Source of the DNA: a virus
Reading direction: 5' to 3' (one strand)
Length of the DNA: 64,000 nt
IMG/VR virus record: IMGVR_UViG_3300031857_007891
Span: 5,673-69,672 of that record
In this document: positions 7,746 to 17,605 of the stretch, in pieces
How the letters are laid out: the number at the start of each line of letters is the position of its first letter
How positions within the stretch are numbered: position 1 is the first letter of the stretch
Position numbers and translations under genes: made by a program
Notes under the pieces: generated by a model
Seen by the model: the letters and a program-made list of their open reading frames with translations, nothing else
Database searches by the model: none
Told to the model about the DNA's origin: nothing

Positions 7746-7935
7746 TCTCCCACTGCAGAAAATAGAAGAGATAGTCTACTCTCAATTTAAATACGTGGCT
7801 AAGGTCATGAAAGAGGGAGGCTTTGCTTCAATTCGACTGCAATATTTTGGGAAATTTCATGCAAAAAGTGAACGTATAGCTCATCTAAACGAGAAAACCA
7901 GACGTAAGAATGAAAGACTTGCTAACAGTAAATAA
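7699..7935 (+). CDS. IHF/HU-like DNA-binding protein
   Basis: KLATKYNLP..KIEEIV..F....IRLQYFGKF histone-like fold; ATG at 7699; typical position before terminase in crAss-like phages. Confidence 0.8.
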   Translation: MQKEKIIIQKLATKYNLPLQKIEEIVYSQFKYVAKVMKEGGFASIRLQYFGKFHAKSERIAHLNEKTRRKNERLANSK

Positions 7936-8407
7936 CAACATAGTCATACCATCCCCGTATGCTTTGACTATTACAGAGTTTGAGAAGTTGACTACAAAAG
8001 AGTTAGCATTTATCTATTTTTTTGCAGATCATCGGTCTAGCTATGCAGCCTATGACGAAGAAGAAAGAAAAGATAAGTTACTAGCCGAGTTAAAAGTCAA
8101 GTCAACTCCTAACCTACATGCAGGATTGCAGAAGTATAGGGAGTTGTCAGAGACACATGCTATCAAACTGCTCAAATCAGCTAGGTCTGCAGTTAATAAG
8201 CTAGAGAAATACTTCAAAGACATTGATCTTACAGCCATGGATGAGAATGGTAAGCTTCTTTATCAGGCAAAAGACTTGGTTGCTAACCTATCTAAAATCG
8301 GGGAGGTAATTGAAGGTTTAGATAGATTAGAAGAACTGGTGCAGAAGCAACAGGCTAAGGACAATCCTAACAGAGCAGGGGTTAAGACTAACAAATACAG
8401 TGAATAA
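7910..8407 (+). CDS. terS: putative terminase small subunit
   Basis: Helical 165-aa protein directly upstream of and coupled to TerL; KELAFIYF..D.RS.Y motif. Confidence 0.6.
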   Translation: MKDLLTVNNNIVIPSPYALTITEFEKLTTKELAFIYFFADHRSSYAAYDEEERKDKLLAELKVKSTPNLHAGLQKYRELSETHAIKLLKSARSAVNKLEKYFKDIDLTAMDENGKLLYQAKDLVANLSKIGEVIEGLDRLEELVQKQQAKDNPNRAGVKTNKYSE

Positions 8408-10371
8408 TGCTGAAGGATACCCATCTATTCTCACCTGCTGCTAGACATTACATAGAGTATGGGCACTATACTGATGCTCTCCCTGGAACTAAACAGTACT
8501 ACGAGTATTGGGATGGTGAACAGTTTAAATGCATGCACGGGTGTGAGATAAATGGGGTTAAGATATCAGGCTTTCACTACTTCTATCTTAACTACTGTCC
8601 TATTGATAGGATTATCGATGAAGAACAACCAGATGGAGAGGTAATATCACGAAGAGATAGAACTTTCCCAGCTTTCTATGATGGGGATTACCAATACTTC
8701 AATTCTGTAGATAAGGCTAGAAAAGAAAACAAACACATGGTTGTTCTCAAAGCACGTCGTAAGGGTTTCTCTTACAAAGCTGCAGCCATGCTATGTAGAA
8801 ACTACTTTCATCTAAGGAATAGCAAGAACTTTGTATTTGCTTCAGATAAGCAATACTTGATTGGGGATGGAATGCTGTCTAAAGCTTGGGATATTATCTC
8901 ATTCATAGATGATAACACAGCCTGGACACAACCTAGACTTATTGACCGTGAGATGCATAAACAATCAGGGTATAAAAAGAATGTAAACGGGGCTGACGTA
9001 ACTCTAGGATTTAAGTCACAGATAATTGGGGTATCACTTAAAGACGATCCAGATAAGATACGTGGTAAAGCAGGGGAATTAATCTTCTTCGAAGAATCAG
9101 GTTCATTCTCAGGCTTGCTTAAAGCTTGGGAGGTAGCTATGCCTACAATGAGACAGGGTTCTAAGACACTTGGAACTATGATTGCCTTTGGAACTGGTGG
9201 AGAAGAGGGCCCTGGATTTGAAGGATTAGAAGAACTATTCTACCATCCTGATGCCTACAACTGTTTAGGCTTTGAAAATGATTGGGATTCAGGGGCCATG
9301 GGAACTCAGTGTGGTTACTTCGTTCCTATCTACCAGAATTTAGATGGATTCATGGATGCTGATGGGAATAGTTTAACACAAGAGGCAATAGAGTATGAGG
9401 AGATGCAAAGGGAGAATAAAAAGAAAGCTAACGACCCAAAGTCTCATGACCAGTATATAGCTGAACATCCGTTTAGTCCTCAAGAAGCAACCTTGCAAGT
9501 AACGTCAAACACGTTTGATGTTAACTCATTAAAAGAGCAGTACAATAAGGTCATTGCTAATAATCTGCAGAAGATGGGGGTAGCAGGAAGATTCTACTAT
9601 GACTCACAGAATAAAATAGCCTTCTCCCCAACTCCTGATGCTAATCCAATCAATAAGTTCCCACACAGAAAAGACGATGACTTGACTGGATGCCCAGTTA
9701 TTTACGAAGCTCCATACAAAACTAAAGAAGGATTAACCCCTAAGAATTTATACGTAGTCTGTCATGACCCGTATGCCCAGGGAAAAGCTGAAAGCTCAAT
9801 GTCGTTAGGGGCTGCATACGTTATTAAGGTCCCAAATAATGTCTCTCAACCTGACGATTTAATAGTAGCCTCGTATATAGGGAGACCTCAGACGCAAGAT
9901 GAATACAATAGAAATCTATTTATGCTTGCTGAATTCTACAATGCTAAGATAGGATTCGAAAATGACCGAGGTGAGGTAATTGCCTATGCTAAAAGGTTCA
10001 GGAAACTACATCTTCTCCAAGAAGAATTTGAGATGTTGGATAAAAGGGAACTTAGAAGTAAGACAGTTAAACGTCAGTATGGTATGCACATGACTGAGCA
10101 AAGAAAGTCTCAGGGTGAATTGTATATTCGTGACTGGCTGATATCTGGGAGAGGAGCTGACGAGGATGGGAATGTGACCTTGAACATGCATAAGATATAT
10201 GACCCAGCTTTACTTCAAGAGTTAATAAAGTTTAACAGGAAAGGTAACTTTGACCGTGTGATGGCACTGATGGTTGGGATGTACCACACTAGAGAACTGT
10301 TTAACAAGGAACTACTATTAGACAATGACGATAATGCAACCAATGAATGGTTCGATAGGATATATAAATAA
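8407..10371 (+). CDS. terL: terminase large subunit
   Basis: Walker A-like LKARRKGFS, Walker B IFFEESG, GTGG coupling motif, RNase H-like HDPY...FDRVMA. Confidence 0.95.
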   Translation: MLKDTHLFSPAARHYIEYGHYTDALPGTKQYYEYWDGEQFKCMHGCEINGVKISGFHYFYLNYCPIDRIIDEEQPDGEVISRRDRTFPAFYDGDYQYFNSVDKARKENKHMVVLKARRKGFSYKAAAMLCRNYFHLRNSKNFVFASDKQYLIGDGMLSKAWDIISFIDDNTAWTQPRLIDREMHKQSGYKKNVNGADVTLGFKSQIIGVSLKDDPDKIRGKAGELIFFEESGSFSGLLKAWEVAMPTMRQGSKTLGTMIAFGTGGEEGPGFEGLEELFYHPDAYNCLGFENDWDSGAMGTQCGYFVPIYQNLDGFMDADGNSLTQEAIEYEEMQRENKKKANDPKSHDQYIAEHPFSPQEATLQVTSNTFDVNSLKEQYNKVIANNLQKMGVAGRFYYDSQNKIAFSPTPDANPINKFPHRKDDDLTGCPVIYEAPYKTKEGLTPKNLYVVCHDPYAQGKAESSMSLGAAYVIKVPNNVSQPDDLIVASYIGRPQTQDEYNRNLFMLAEFYNAKIGFENDRGEVIAYAKRFRKLHLLQEEFEMLDKRELRSKTVKRQYGMHMTEQRKSQGELYIRDWLISGRGADEDGNVTLNMHKIYDPALLQELIKFNRKGNFDRVMALMVGMYHTRELFNKELLLDNDDNATNEWFDRIYK

Positions 10372-10433
10372 TGCCATAGTACTAATAAAAAGCACAAAAG
10401 AGTCGTAAATTAGCCTCTAGTATAAAACTAAAG

Positions 10434-10441
10434 TAATTTTG
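10434..10441 (+). promoter_or_regulatory. -7 promoter element TAATTTTG, 5 nt before the portal ATG
   Basis: Exact TAnnTTTG in an intergenic gap. Confidence 0.6.
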
Positions 10442-10446
10442 TATTA

Positions 10447-12660
10447 ATGTTCGGACAAGCCTCAATACCTAAGCAAAGAATTCCTCTCTCTCAGAAAACA
10501 GAAAAATGGGGAAAAGAGTGTGTAGACGCATTCATAGACTTATCAAAATTTGGGTTAAGTGAACGAAGAAGTTACTTGAAATCCATGTATGATTACTACA
10601 ATGGTGTAATCGATGAGGAGGATTACAACTATGTGCTAAAGCCATACGGGAAAACAAGATCTCACTTCCCATCTAAGATGAGGAACTACCCCATCATCAA
10701 ACCTATCATAGACCTATTGCTTGGGGAAAAATCAAAACGTCCACTAGAGTTTACTGTAACCGTTCAGAACTCAGATGCAGTCAGCATTAAAGAAGAGGCT
10801 TTAAAGAATCTAATTCTGCAAAATCTAAGGGAGCGGTTCCTTGCAGAGTTAGCAAAATCCGGGCAATTGGATATGCAAGGGGAGCAGGTTGAAGAACCTC
10901 CGCTCCCAAAGCAAATCCAGGAGGAATTCAATAGGTCTTATAAAGATCGAAGAGCTATTAGAGGGCAGGCTAGCCTTAACTATATAATGTATTACAATGA
11001 AATCTACGATAAGCTTCAAAAGCAGTGGTTTCATTTCTTAGTGTCAGGAGAGTGCTACTCACATAAAGGGGTAAGAAGGAACGAACCTTTCTATGAGGTA
11101 ATAAACCCACTAGATGTAGACTTTGATAAAGATCCTGATATCGACTTTGTAGAAGATGCAGATTGGGCTATCATCAGAAAATTCTCACATGCCTCAACTA
11201 TTGTAGATGCATACGGGGATTACTTGTCAGAAGAACAAGTACTAGATTTAGAGAACCCAACTCACACTTCATCTGAAGCTTACCTACTTTATAGAGTACA
11301 AGCTTCTGGAGCAGATAGCAACATGAATCGTAATAGACTGATTGAGGTTATCACTGTCTATTGGAAGAGTAGAAAACGTATTGGGTTTATGACCTACGTA
11401 AATCCAGAGACTGGAGTACCTGAAACAGTATCTATACAAGATGGATTTAGAATAACCCCTGAACTAAAAGAGTTAGGGGCTAAAGTAGAATGGGAATGGG
11501 TTAACGAAGTATGGGAGGGAACTCGTATAGATGGAAGATTCTATATCAGAGTTAATCCTGTAGCTAACCAAAGAGCTAGTCTAGACAACCCATCACTGTG
11601 CAAACTCCCAATTAATGGAAGAAAATACTCTGACATTAACTCTCAGAATGTTTCGATAGTAAGCTTAGGTATTCCTTACCAGCTTAACTATAATATTTAT
11701 AAGTATCGACTAGAGCTAGCTATTGCACGAAGCAAGGACATCATTGCTCAATTCGATATTAACATGATCCCTAAGAATTGGGACATGGATAAGTTCATGT
11801 ACTTTGTAGAAGGTACAGGTATTGCTTGGGTAGATTATAACAAAGAAGGAATTATCCTATCTCCTCAGCACCAGTCTGTACTAGACATGTCTATTAAGAC
11901 AATATCTCAGTATCTAACTCTCCTTGAATCTATCATGGTTGAATGGGAGAAGGTTAGTGGGGTAACTAGACAAAGACAAGGACAGATGGGCACCTATGAA
12001 GGTAAAGCTACATCTCAACAAAGTATTGTACAATCTTCACACATAACTGAAGACTTGTTTAGAAAATTCTCTCACTTTGAACAAAGAGAATTGCAAGGAA
12101 TGCTAGACTACTCTAAAGTAGCCTGGATAAATGGAAAGAAATCTATGTATGTCCTCCCTGATGGATCTGTAGACGATATTGACGTAGACCCACTAACTCA
12201 TATGGAAAGTGAGTACGGAATATTCGTATCAGATGCAGGTAAGGATGTAGAAAGAATGCAAAAAATAGAAGGTTTAACTCAAGCAGCACTACAAAATGGT
12301 ACTCCACTCTCATCAATCATTTCAATTTTTGAAAGCAACAGCTTTGCTCAAATTAAAGACAAAGTTATCCAAGCTGAAAAATCTGCTCAAGAGCTGGCTA
12401 AAGCCCAACAGCAAGCAGAGCAAGAAGCAAAAGCCCAAGAAATGCAAATGCAACAACAAAACCTGCAAATGCAGTTAGTCGAGAAAGAGAAAGACAGGCA
12501 GATGCAAATTGAGAAAGCTTTGATTGCTGCAGAATCCTCATTTAACGGAAATAGTGCAAGCCTTGAAAAGATGCTTCAAGATTTCCAAATTAAACAAGAG
12601 GAGTTAGCACTTAAAGAAAGAGAACTCGAGATAAAAGCTCAGCAAGTAAATAAAGAATAA
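10447..12660 (+). CDS. portal protein
   Basis: Follows TerL; NYPIIKPIIDLLLGE, WEGTRI, SGVTRQRQG motifs of crAss-like portals; Q-rich coiled-coil C-terminal barrel. Confidence 0.92.
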   Translation: MFGQASIPKQRIPLSQKTEKWGKECVDAFIDLSKFGLSERRSYLKSMYDYYNGVIDEEDYNYVLKPYGKTRSHFPSKMRNYPIIKPIIDLLLGEKSKRPLEFTVTVQNSDAVSIKEEALKNLILQNLRERFLAELAKSGQLDMQGEQVEEPPLPKQIQEEFNRSYKDRRAIRGQASLNYIMYYNEIYDKLQKQWFHFLVSGECYSHKGVRRNEPFYEVINPLDVDFDKDPDIDFVEDADWAIIRKFSHASTIVDAYGDYLSEEQVLDLENPTHTSSEAYLLYRVQASGADSNMNRNRLIEVITVYWKSRKRIGFMTYVNPETGVPETVSIQDGFRITPELKELGAKVEWEWVNEVWEGTRIDGRFYIRVNPVANQRASLDNPSLCKLPINGRKYSDINSQNVSIVSLGIPYQLNYNIYKYRLELAIARSKDIIAQFDINMIPKNWDMDKFMYFVEGTGIAWVDYNKEGIILSPQHQSVLDMSIKTISQYLTLLESIMVEWEKVSGVTRQRQGQMGTYEGKATSQQSIVQSSHITEDLFRKFSHFEQRELQGMLDYSKVAWINGKKSMYVLPDGSVDDIDVDPLTHMESEYGIFVSDAGKDVERMQKIEGLTQAALQNGTPLSSIISIFESNSFAQIKDKVIQAEKSAQELAKAQQQAEQEAKAQEMQMQQQNLQMQLVEKEKDRQMQIEKALIAAESSFNGNSASLEKMLQDFQIKQEELALKERELEIKAQQVNKE

Positions 12661-14831
12661 TGGATAATCAGACTAGAAGGATATTGCTTGAGAGAGTAAA
12701 GGCTTCTGGTTTCCCAGGGTCAATACTAGATGTATTTCAGAACCCTACTATTCTAGATGAGTATACGGCTCAACAGCAACAACAGTTAATAGTAGCTCAA
12801 ACTCCACAAGAGCAAGAGCAAGGTCTACGTCCTGCACATGCAGCAGGTAATGTTGGGCAGTCTATGGTCTTCCCTGACGTACAACCTAACCAAAGCTTTA
12901 ACACAGTAGGGATGAAGATCCCTATTGACATTAATAAGGTTGACAATCAAGGTAACTTAGTAGAATCTTATAAAGCTGTACCCCCAGGAATTCAAAACCT
13001 ACCTACAGGACCTAATAGTGGGATGGTAATAGAAACTCCTGCTGAAGGATATAAAACTGGGGGAGTAAAAAAGTATCAGACAGGAGACTTTAGAACTACT
13101 CCTGCTAATTTACCTTGGCTAGGAACTAAAGGGCAGGTACTAACAGAAGAAGAACAAGAAGAAAAACTTTTAGATAAAAAGTTTGGTATAGGTCCAACAG
13201 TAGATAAAGCAGAAGCAATTAAAGCTAAAGAGACAATACAAAGAACAAAACGTATTGAAACTCCGCTTCCTTCAGGAGCTATAACTCCAACTATGGGGCC
13301 AGTTGAATTTGCTCTGATGGCACCAGTAGCTGGAGCATCTGCTATGAGAGCAGCACCAATGATTGGATCAGCATTAAATACATCTATAGCAGGAGTACAA
13401 GGGTTAACAGTAGGTAATGCATTAGGTGCCGGATTTGCTTCTGATGCATTAGTTAATAGATTACCACAGATTCCAGGACAACTCAGCAGAGGAGAATATG
13501 CTGATGCTGCTATTAATGCTGGTACAGGTGTACTAGACTTATACGGGGCAGGTATGCTTAGACCTATTTCCAGAATGATTAGACCTACTTATAAAGGAGC
13601 TAGTCCTAAAGAGAAATTATACGAGACAGATTTTGAGGAGGTAAAGAATGCAGATGGATATGTAAGTGGTACATATGTTCCAGATTATTACACAGATTAC
13701 ACAAATGAGAACTTTAGAATGTATAGATCGAATCAGTTACCTGACCCTCCTCAATTTATAGATATTGGAGACCTTGGTACTAGTGCTCCTCGTAATACTT
13801 TCAAGAAGTTTACAAACAAATCTGGATTAACTAAAGAAGAAGCTCTTACACGAGTTACTGATAAAGACAAAGATGTTATCTCTAAAATGTCTGAAACAGA
13901 ATTTCAAAATAGTGTATTAAAACCTAATGGAGAGATTGTTCAATACGAGCAAGGATCTTTAATGGATGAATTTTCTGGTAAACAAAGTGTAGTACCTATG
14001 ACTCCAAAAGCTTACACAGAAGAGTTCAACTCTAAAATAGATCTTCTTAATGATATTATTGCTCAAAGAAATAAATCAGGAGTACAATATAAAGTCAAGG
14101 AGTTAACTGAGGATGGTAGATTAATCTTTGAAACACCAGAGCAAACAGTTCCAAGGCAATTAACAGCTAAACAAAAAGAAAATATAGAATGGTTTACTAA
14201 AGATGCTGAAGACTGGGCAGTGAATAAAGGGGGATTAGTAAAAAAAGAAAAAGGATGGGTATATACAAATCCAAATGTTCATCATGATGATTTTTTTAAA
14301 ACTAAAGAAGAAGCTATTCAATCTATAAGAGCTGAAATAACTAGAATACAAACTCCTAAAACAATAGGAGGTCAATCTTCTTGGGGAGTAGGTATTAAGT
14401 CTGGTCAATGGAGAGGAGATGTAAAAGACATTGCAAATACTGATTACTTTAGAAGTATTCCTGGGTTAGAAATGAGAAATACTACTCAATCTGTATTTGC
14501 AGACTCTACTCCTAGAAAAGGCTCAGGGGCTTATGAAGCTATTAATGAGTATCTAAAAAAGATAGACCTAGGGAGAGTAAAACCAGGATTTAACTCTCAG
14601 ACAGAATTCTCAAGAGGAGCATGGGAGAATTTTATTAATTCAGGAAGAGCAGTAGGATTTTATGGCAATCCCAGCACTGTATATGGAACTATGAAAACCA
14701 TACTTCCTCCTGCACTTGTAGTAGGAGCAGCAGCTGCCCAAGAAAAGAAACTAACTGGAGGCACTAAAACCTATCTAAAAGGTGGATTAAAGAACAGAGT
14801 GCTATACAATAAAGCTAAGTATAAAAGATAA
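12660..14831 (+). CDS. multidomain virion-associated protein: DUF192-like N-terminus, GG motifs, hydrophobic helices, GNAT-like C-terminal domain
   Basis: VAQTPQEQEQGL..SMVF..SF...MKIPIDI..D..G.LV..VIETPA resembles DUF192; RKGSGAYEAI...S.GAWE.F..SG.A resembles GNAT motifs A/B. Confidence 0.6.
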   Translation: MDNQTRRILLERVKASGFPGSILDVFQNPTILDEYTAQQQQQLIVAQTPQEQEQGLRPAHAAGNVGQSMVFPDVQPNQSFNTVGMKIPIDINKVDNQGNLVESYKAVPPGIQNLPTGPNSGMVIETPAEGYKTGGVKKYQTGDFRTTPANLPWLGTKGQVLTEEEQEEKLLDKKFGIGPTVDKAEAIKAKETIQRTKRIETPLPSGAITPTMGPVEFALMAPVAGASAMRAAPMIGSALNTSIAGVQGLTVGNALGAGFASDALVNRLPQIPGQLSRGEYADAAINAGTGVLDLYGAGMLRPISRMIRPTYKGASPKEKLYETDFEEVKNADGYVSGTYVPDYYTDYTNENFRMYRSNQLPDPPQFIDIGDLGTSAPRNTFKKFTNKSGLTKEEALTRVTDKDKDVISKMSETEFQNSVLKPNGEIVQYEQGSLMDEFSGKQSVVPMTPKAYTEEFNSKIDLLNDIIAQRNKSGVQYKVKELTEDGRLIFETPEQTVPRQLTAKQKENIEWFTKDAEDWAVNKGGLVKKEKGWVYTNPNVHHDDFFKTKEEAIQSIRAEITRIQTPKTIGGQSSWGVGIKSGQWRGDVKDIANTDYFRSIPGLEMRNTTQSVFADSTPRKGSGAYEAINEYLKKIDLGRVKPGFNSQTEFSRGAWENFINSGRAVGFYGNPSTVYGTMKTILPPALVVGAAAAQEKKLTGGTKTYLKGGLKNRVLYNKAKYKR

Positions 14832-14861
14832 ATTTATACTTTTTAACTATAAGTAAACCAA

Positions 14862-14869
14862 TACCTTTG
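14862..14869 (+). promoter_or_regulatory. -7 promoter element TACCTTTG, 5 nt before the scaffold ATG
   Basis: Exact TAnnTTTG in an intergenic gap. Confidence 0.65.
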
Positions 14870-14874
14870 TATAT

Positions 14875-16032
14875 ATGGCAACCAAACAGAACGAAGAAAA
14901 GCTAAGTATTTCAGACATTACATTCGACGATTTTATCGGGGATGGTCTAGAAACAAAAGAAAATGAAAGTGAAAGTGCTTCTAACGAACTTGATAACGAT
15001 TCTAAGAAAAGGTCTCCTAAGAATGAAGACCTGGACGAAGAAGATGTCAACTCGGAAGAAGATTCTGATGAAGACGATGACGAGGAAGGAGAGGAAGAAT
15101 CTCCTAGACCGTCTAGAAAAAATTCAAAAGAAGAACAAGACGACGATGATGTAAATGAAGATAACTCTGACGAAGACTCAGAATCTTCAATTGCTCGGTC
15201 TATTGCAAAGGCATTAGGCTATGACCTTGAAAATACGTATGCTGATACTGAAGAAGGATTAGTAGAGTTTACTAAAGATATTGCTCAAAACATTGCTGAA
15301 GATCAAATTCAGGAGTTGTTTTCTCAATTCCCTTTAATTCAAAAGCATCTAGATTATGTTCTAGCAGGTGGAGACTCTGAACAATTCTTCCAGGCTTACA
15401 ATCCAGGAATGGACTACAGCCAAATGGAAGTTGATAAAGGAGATTCAAGAATGCAGAAGATGCTGATTACTGACTACTTCAAATCTAAAGGGCACGATGA
15501 GGAATTCATCAAAGATATGCTTGACGATTATGAAGATACTGGTAAACTCTATGATAAGGCTACTGTAGCTCAAAAACAACTTTCTGCTATTCAAACAAAA
15601 GAAAGAGAGCAGATGGTTGAGTTACAGAAGCAAAGACAACAAGAGATGCAGCAAAAGCAACAAGAATTCTGGGAGGGTGTTGCTAATACTATAGATGAAG
15701 GAAGAGAGTTCTCAGGGATTAAGATCCCAGAAAAAGAGAAAGGCAAATTCTTCGATTATATCTCTGCCCCTGTAAATAAACAGGGAAATACTAAAAGAGA
15801 TATGGACTATAATAATGCCCCACTAGAAACTAAATTGGCAATTGACTACCTGTTATATAAGGGATTCAACTTGTCTGAAATCATAACTACTAAGGCTAAG
15901 ACTGAAAGTGCTAGAAACCTTAGAGATAGAATTCAGACAGGTCAGGAGAAACTTAGAAACCAAGGTATGGTAGATAAGAAAATAAAGAAATTCGATCCAG
16001 ACCAACTGGATGTAAAGAGGCTGTTTGAATAA
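14875..16032 (+). CDS. putative capsid scaffolding protein
   Basis: Very acidic low-complexity N-terminus, coiled-coil C-terminal half, directly upstream of MCP. Confidence 0.75.
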   Translation: MATKQNEEKLSISDITFDDFIGDGLETKENESESASNELDNDSKKRSPKNEDLDEEDVNSEEDSDEDDDEEGEEESPRPSRKNSKEEQDDDDVNEDNSDEDSESSIARSIAKALGYDLENTYADTEEGLVEFTKDIAQNIAEDQIQELFSQFPLIQKHLDYVLAGGDSEQFFQAYNPGMDYSQMEVDKGDSRMQKMLITDYFKSKGHDEEFIKDMLDDYEDTGKLYDKATVAQKQLSAIQTKEREQMVELQKQRQQEMQQKQQEFWEGVANTIDEGREFSGIKIPEKEKGKFFDYISAPVNKQGNTKRDMDYNNAPLETKLAIDYLLYKGFNLSEIITTKAKTESARNLRDRIQTGQEKLRNQGMVDKKIKKFDPDQLDVKRLFE

Positions 16033-16069
16033 AACTCAGACAACAATTAACTTTTAAAATTATAGAATC

Positions 16070-17494
16070 ATGGCTCTAATGCAAGTTTTGAAAACGTACT
16101 ATAACGATGCACAAATGACCGACACTAATTCGTTGGTTAATGCACTTATGGAACGTCCCGCGGAGTTGTCTCCGATCATTACTCACTTGGCTGGTCGTGA
16201 AGAAAAGAAATTCCCTCTCTCCTTCCTTACCGAAGGAGTTGGTAATACTCGTTCTATCGATCGCTATGAGTACGAATATCGTGTTAAGACACACGAAATT
16301 AATGTCCGTCCTGTTATTGCAAGTTCAGGAACAGGTGGTGGTGGTGCTCCATTCACCGTTACTTTCCCTGACAAGTGGTTTATCTTCCCTTACACCTTGG
16401 TGTCTCAGTCTGGTGTTCTCGCTCGTATTATGACCGAGCCAGTTGCTGATGGTGCTGGTTGGAAGTACACTTTGAAATTGGTTTCTCCTGATGCTGCTGC
16501 TTTGTCTTCAGCTGCAGGTGGTGACTTGGCTGCAGGTGCTCTCTGGGGTATGTTGTATGCTAACGTGGGTATTGACTTCTCACGTGGTAATGCATCTAAC
16601 TGGACTGCTCCTGGTCTTGTTCGTTCTAAGATTGGTACTATTCGTAAATCTTACCACTTCTCTGGAAATGCTAAAGACTATGTAGCTCAGTTCGAATTGC
16701 CTTTGAAAGAAGGTTCTAAGACTAAATTGTGGATGGATTACGAAGAGTACCGTCACATGATTAAGTTCAAGGAAGAGTGTGAAATGTACTACTGGTATGG
16801 TCAGAAGACTCACGATGCTAATGGTGTTAGCACTATGCTCGATGAGAACGGTCAACCTGTAGTATCTGGTCCTGGTTTGCTTGAGCAGATCATCAACAAA
16901 GATTCTTACTCAACTCTTACTCAAGCTAAGATTGAAGAAGTAATTGGTGACTTGTTCTATGGTATGACTGATGCTACTGATAAGCAAGTGACTTTGTACA
17001 CTGGTATCGGTGGTGCTCGTGAATTTGACCGTGCACTTAAGACTTACTATAGTGGCAACCAATATCTGCAGACCACTCAACCTACGTTCATCACTGGTAG
17101 CGGTCGTAACCTCGGTATTACTGGTTACTTCACTAGTTACGATCACGTAGATGGTCACAGAGTTAATGTAGTTAAATCTCCTTTGTTTGATCACGGTCCT
17201 GTGGCTCAAGCTTCTAAGAAGCACCCAGTATCTGGTCTTCCATTGGAATCATATCGTATGGTGTTTGTTGACCAATCTACTTATGATGGTGAAAACAACC
17301 TCCAAATGGTAAATAAGAAAGGTCGTGAAATGATGCGCTGGTGTGTAGCTGGTTCTGTAGTTCCAAAAGGATTTACAGGCAACGACACTCGTGCTAGTGA
17401 CATTGACGGTGCATCTGTTCATATGTTGAAGACTGCTGGTGTTTTGCTTCGTCGTTTTGACACTAGCATTGATCTTCAGTGTATTGCATCGTAA
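16070..17494 (+). CDS. major capsid protein (crAss-like)
   Basis: 474 aa; GPGLLEQI, LYTGIGG..EFD, HPVSGLPLESYRM motifs typical of crAss-like MCP; strong CGT/GGT codon bias; followed by a terminator. Confidence 0.92.
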   Translation: MALMQVLKTYYNDAQMTDTNSLVNALMERPAELSPIITHLAGREEKKFPLSFLTEGVGNTRSIDRYEYEYRVKTHEINVRPVIASSGTGGGGAPFTVTFPDKWFIFPYTLVSQSGVLARIMTEPVADGAGWKYTLKLVSPDAAALSSAAGGDLAAGALWGMLYANVGIDFSRGNASNWTAPGLVRSKIGTIRKSYHFSGNAKDYVAQFELPLKEGSKTKLWMDYEEYRHMIKFKEECEMYYWYGQKTHDANGVSTMLDENGQPVVSGPGLLEQIINKDSYSTLTQAKIEEVIGDLFYGMTDATDKQVTLYTGIGGAREFDRALKTYYSGNQYLQTTQPTFITGSGRNLGITGYFTSYDHVDGHRVNVVKSPLFDHGPVAQASKKHPVSGLPLESYRMVFVDQSTYDGENNLQMVNKKGREMMRWCVAGSVVPKGFTGNDTRASDIDGASVHMLKTAGVLLRRFDTSIDLQCIAS

Positions 17495-17514
17495 TTTGTG
17501 TTTGGTTTGCAATA

Positions 17515-17543
17515 AAAAGGGGGGGTACCCAATCCCCCCTTTT
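17515..17543 (+). terminator. intrinsic terminator after MCP
   Basis: AAAAGGGGGG-gtacccaat-CCCCCCTTTT inverted repeat. Confidence 0.85.
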
Positions 17544-17605
17544 AAAACTATAAAATTGAAGGTTATTCTTTATCCTTCAGTACTAATTAATAAAAAGAAC
17601 TTATT

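Noticed and set aside
14960-15190. GAA/GAT-rich quasi-repeats (also ~50500-50650)
   Set aside because: Explained by acidic low-complexity protein linkers, not DNA repeat elements
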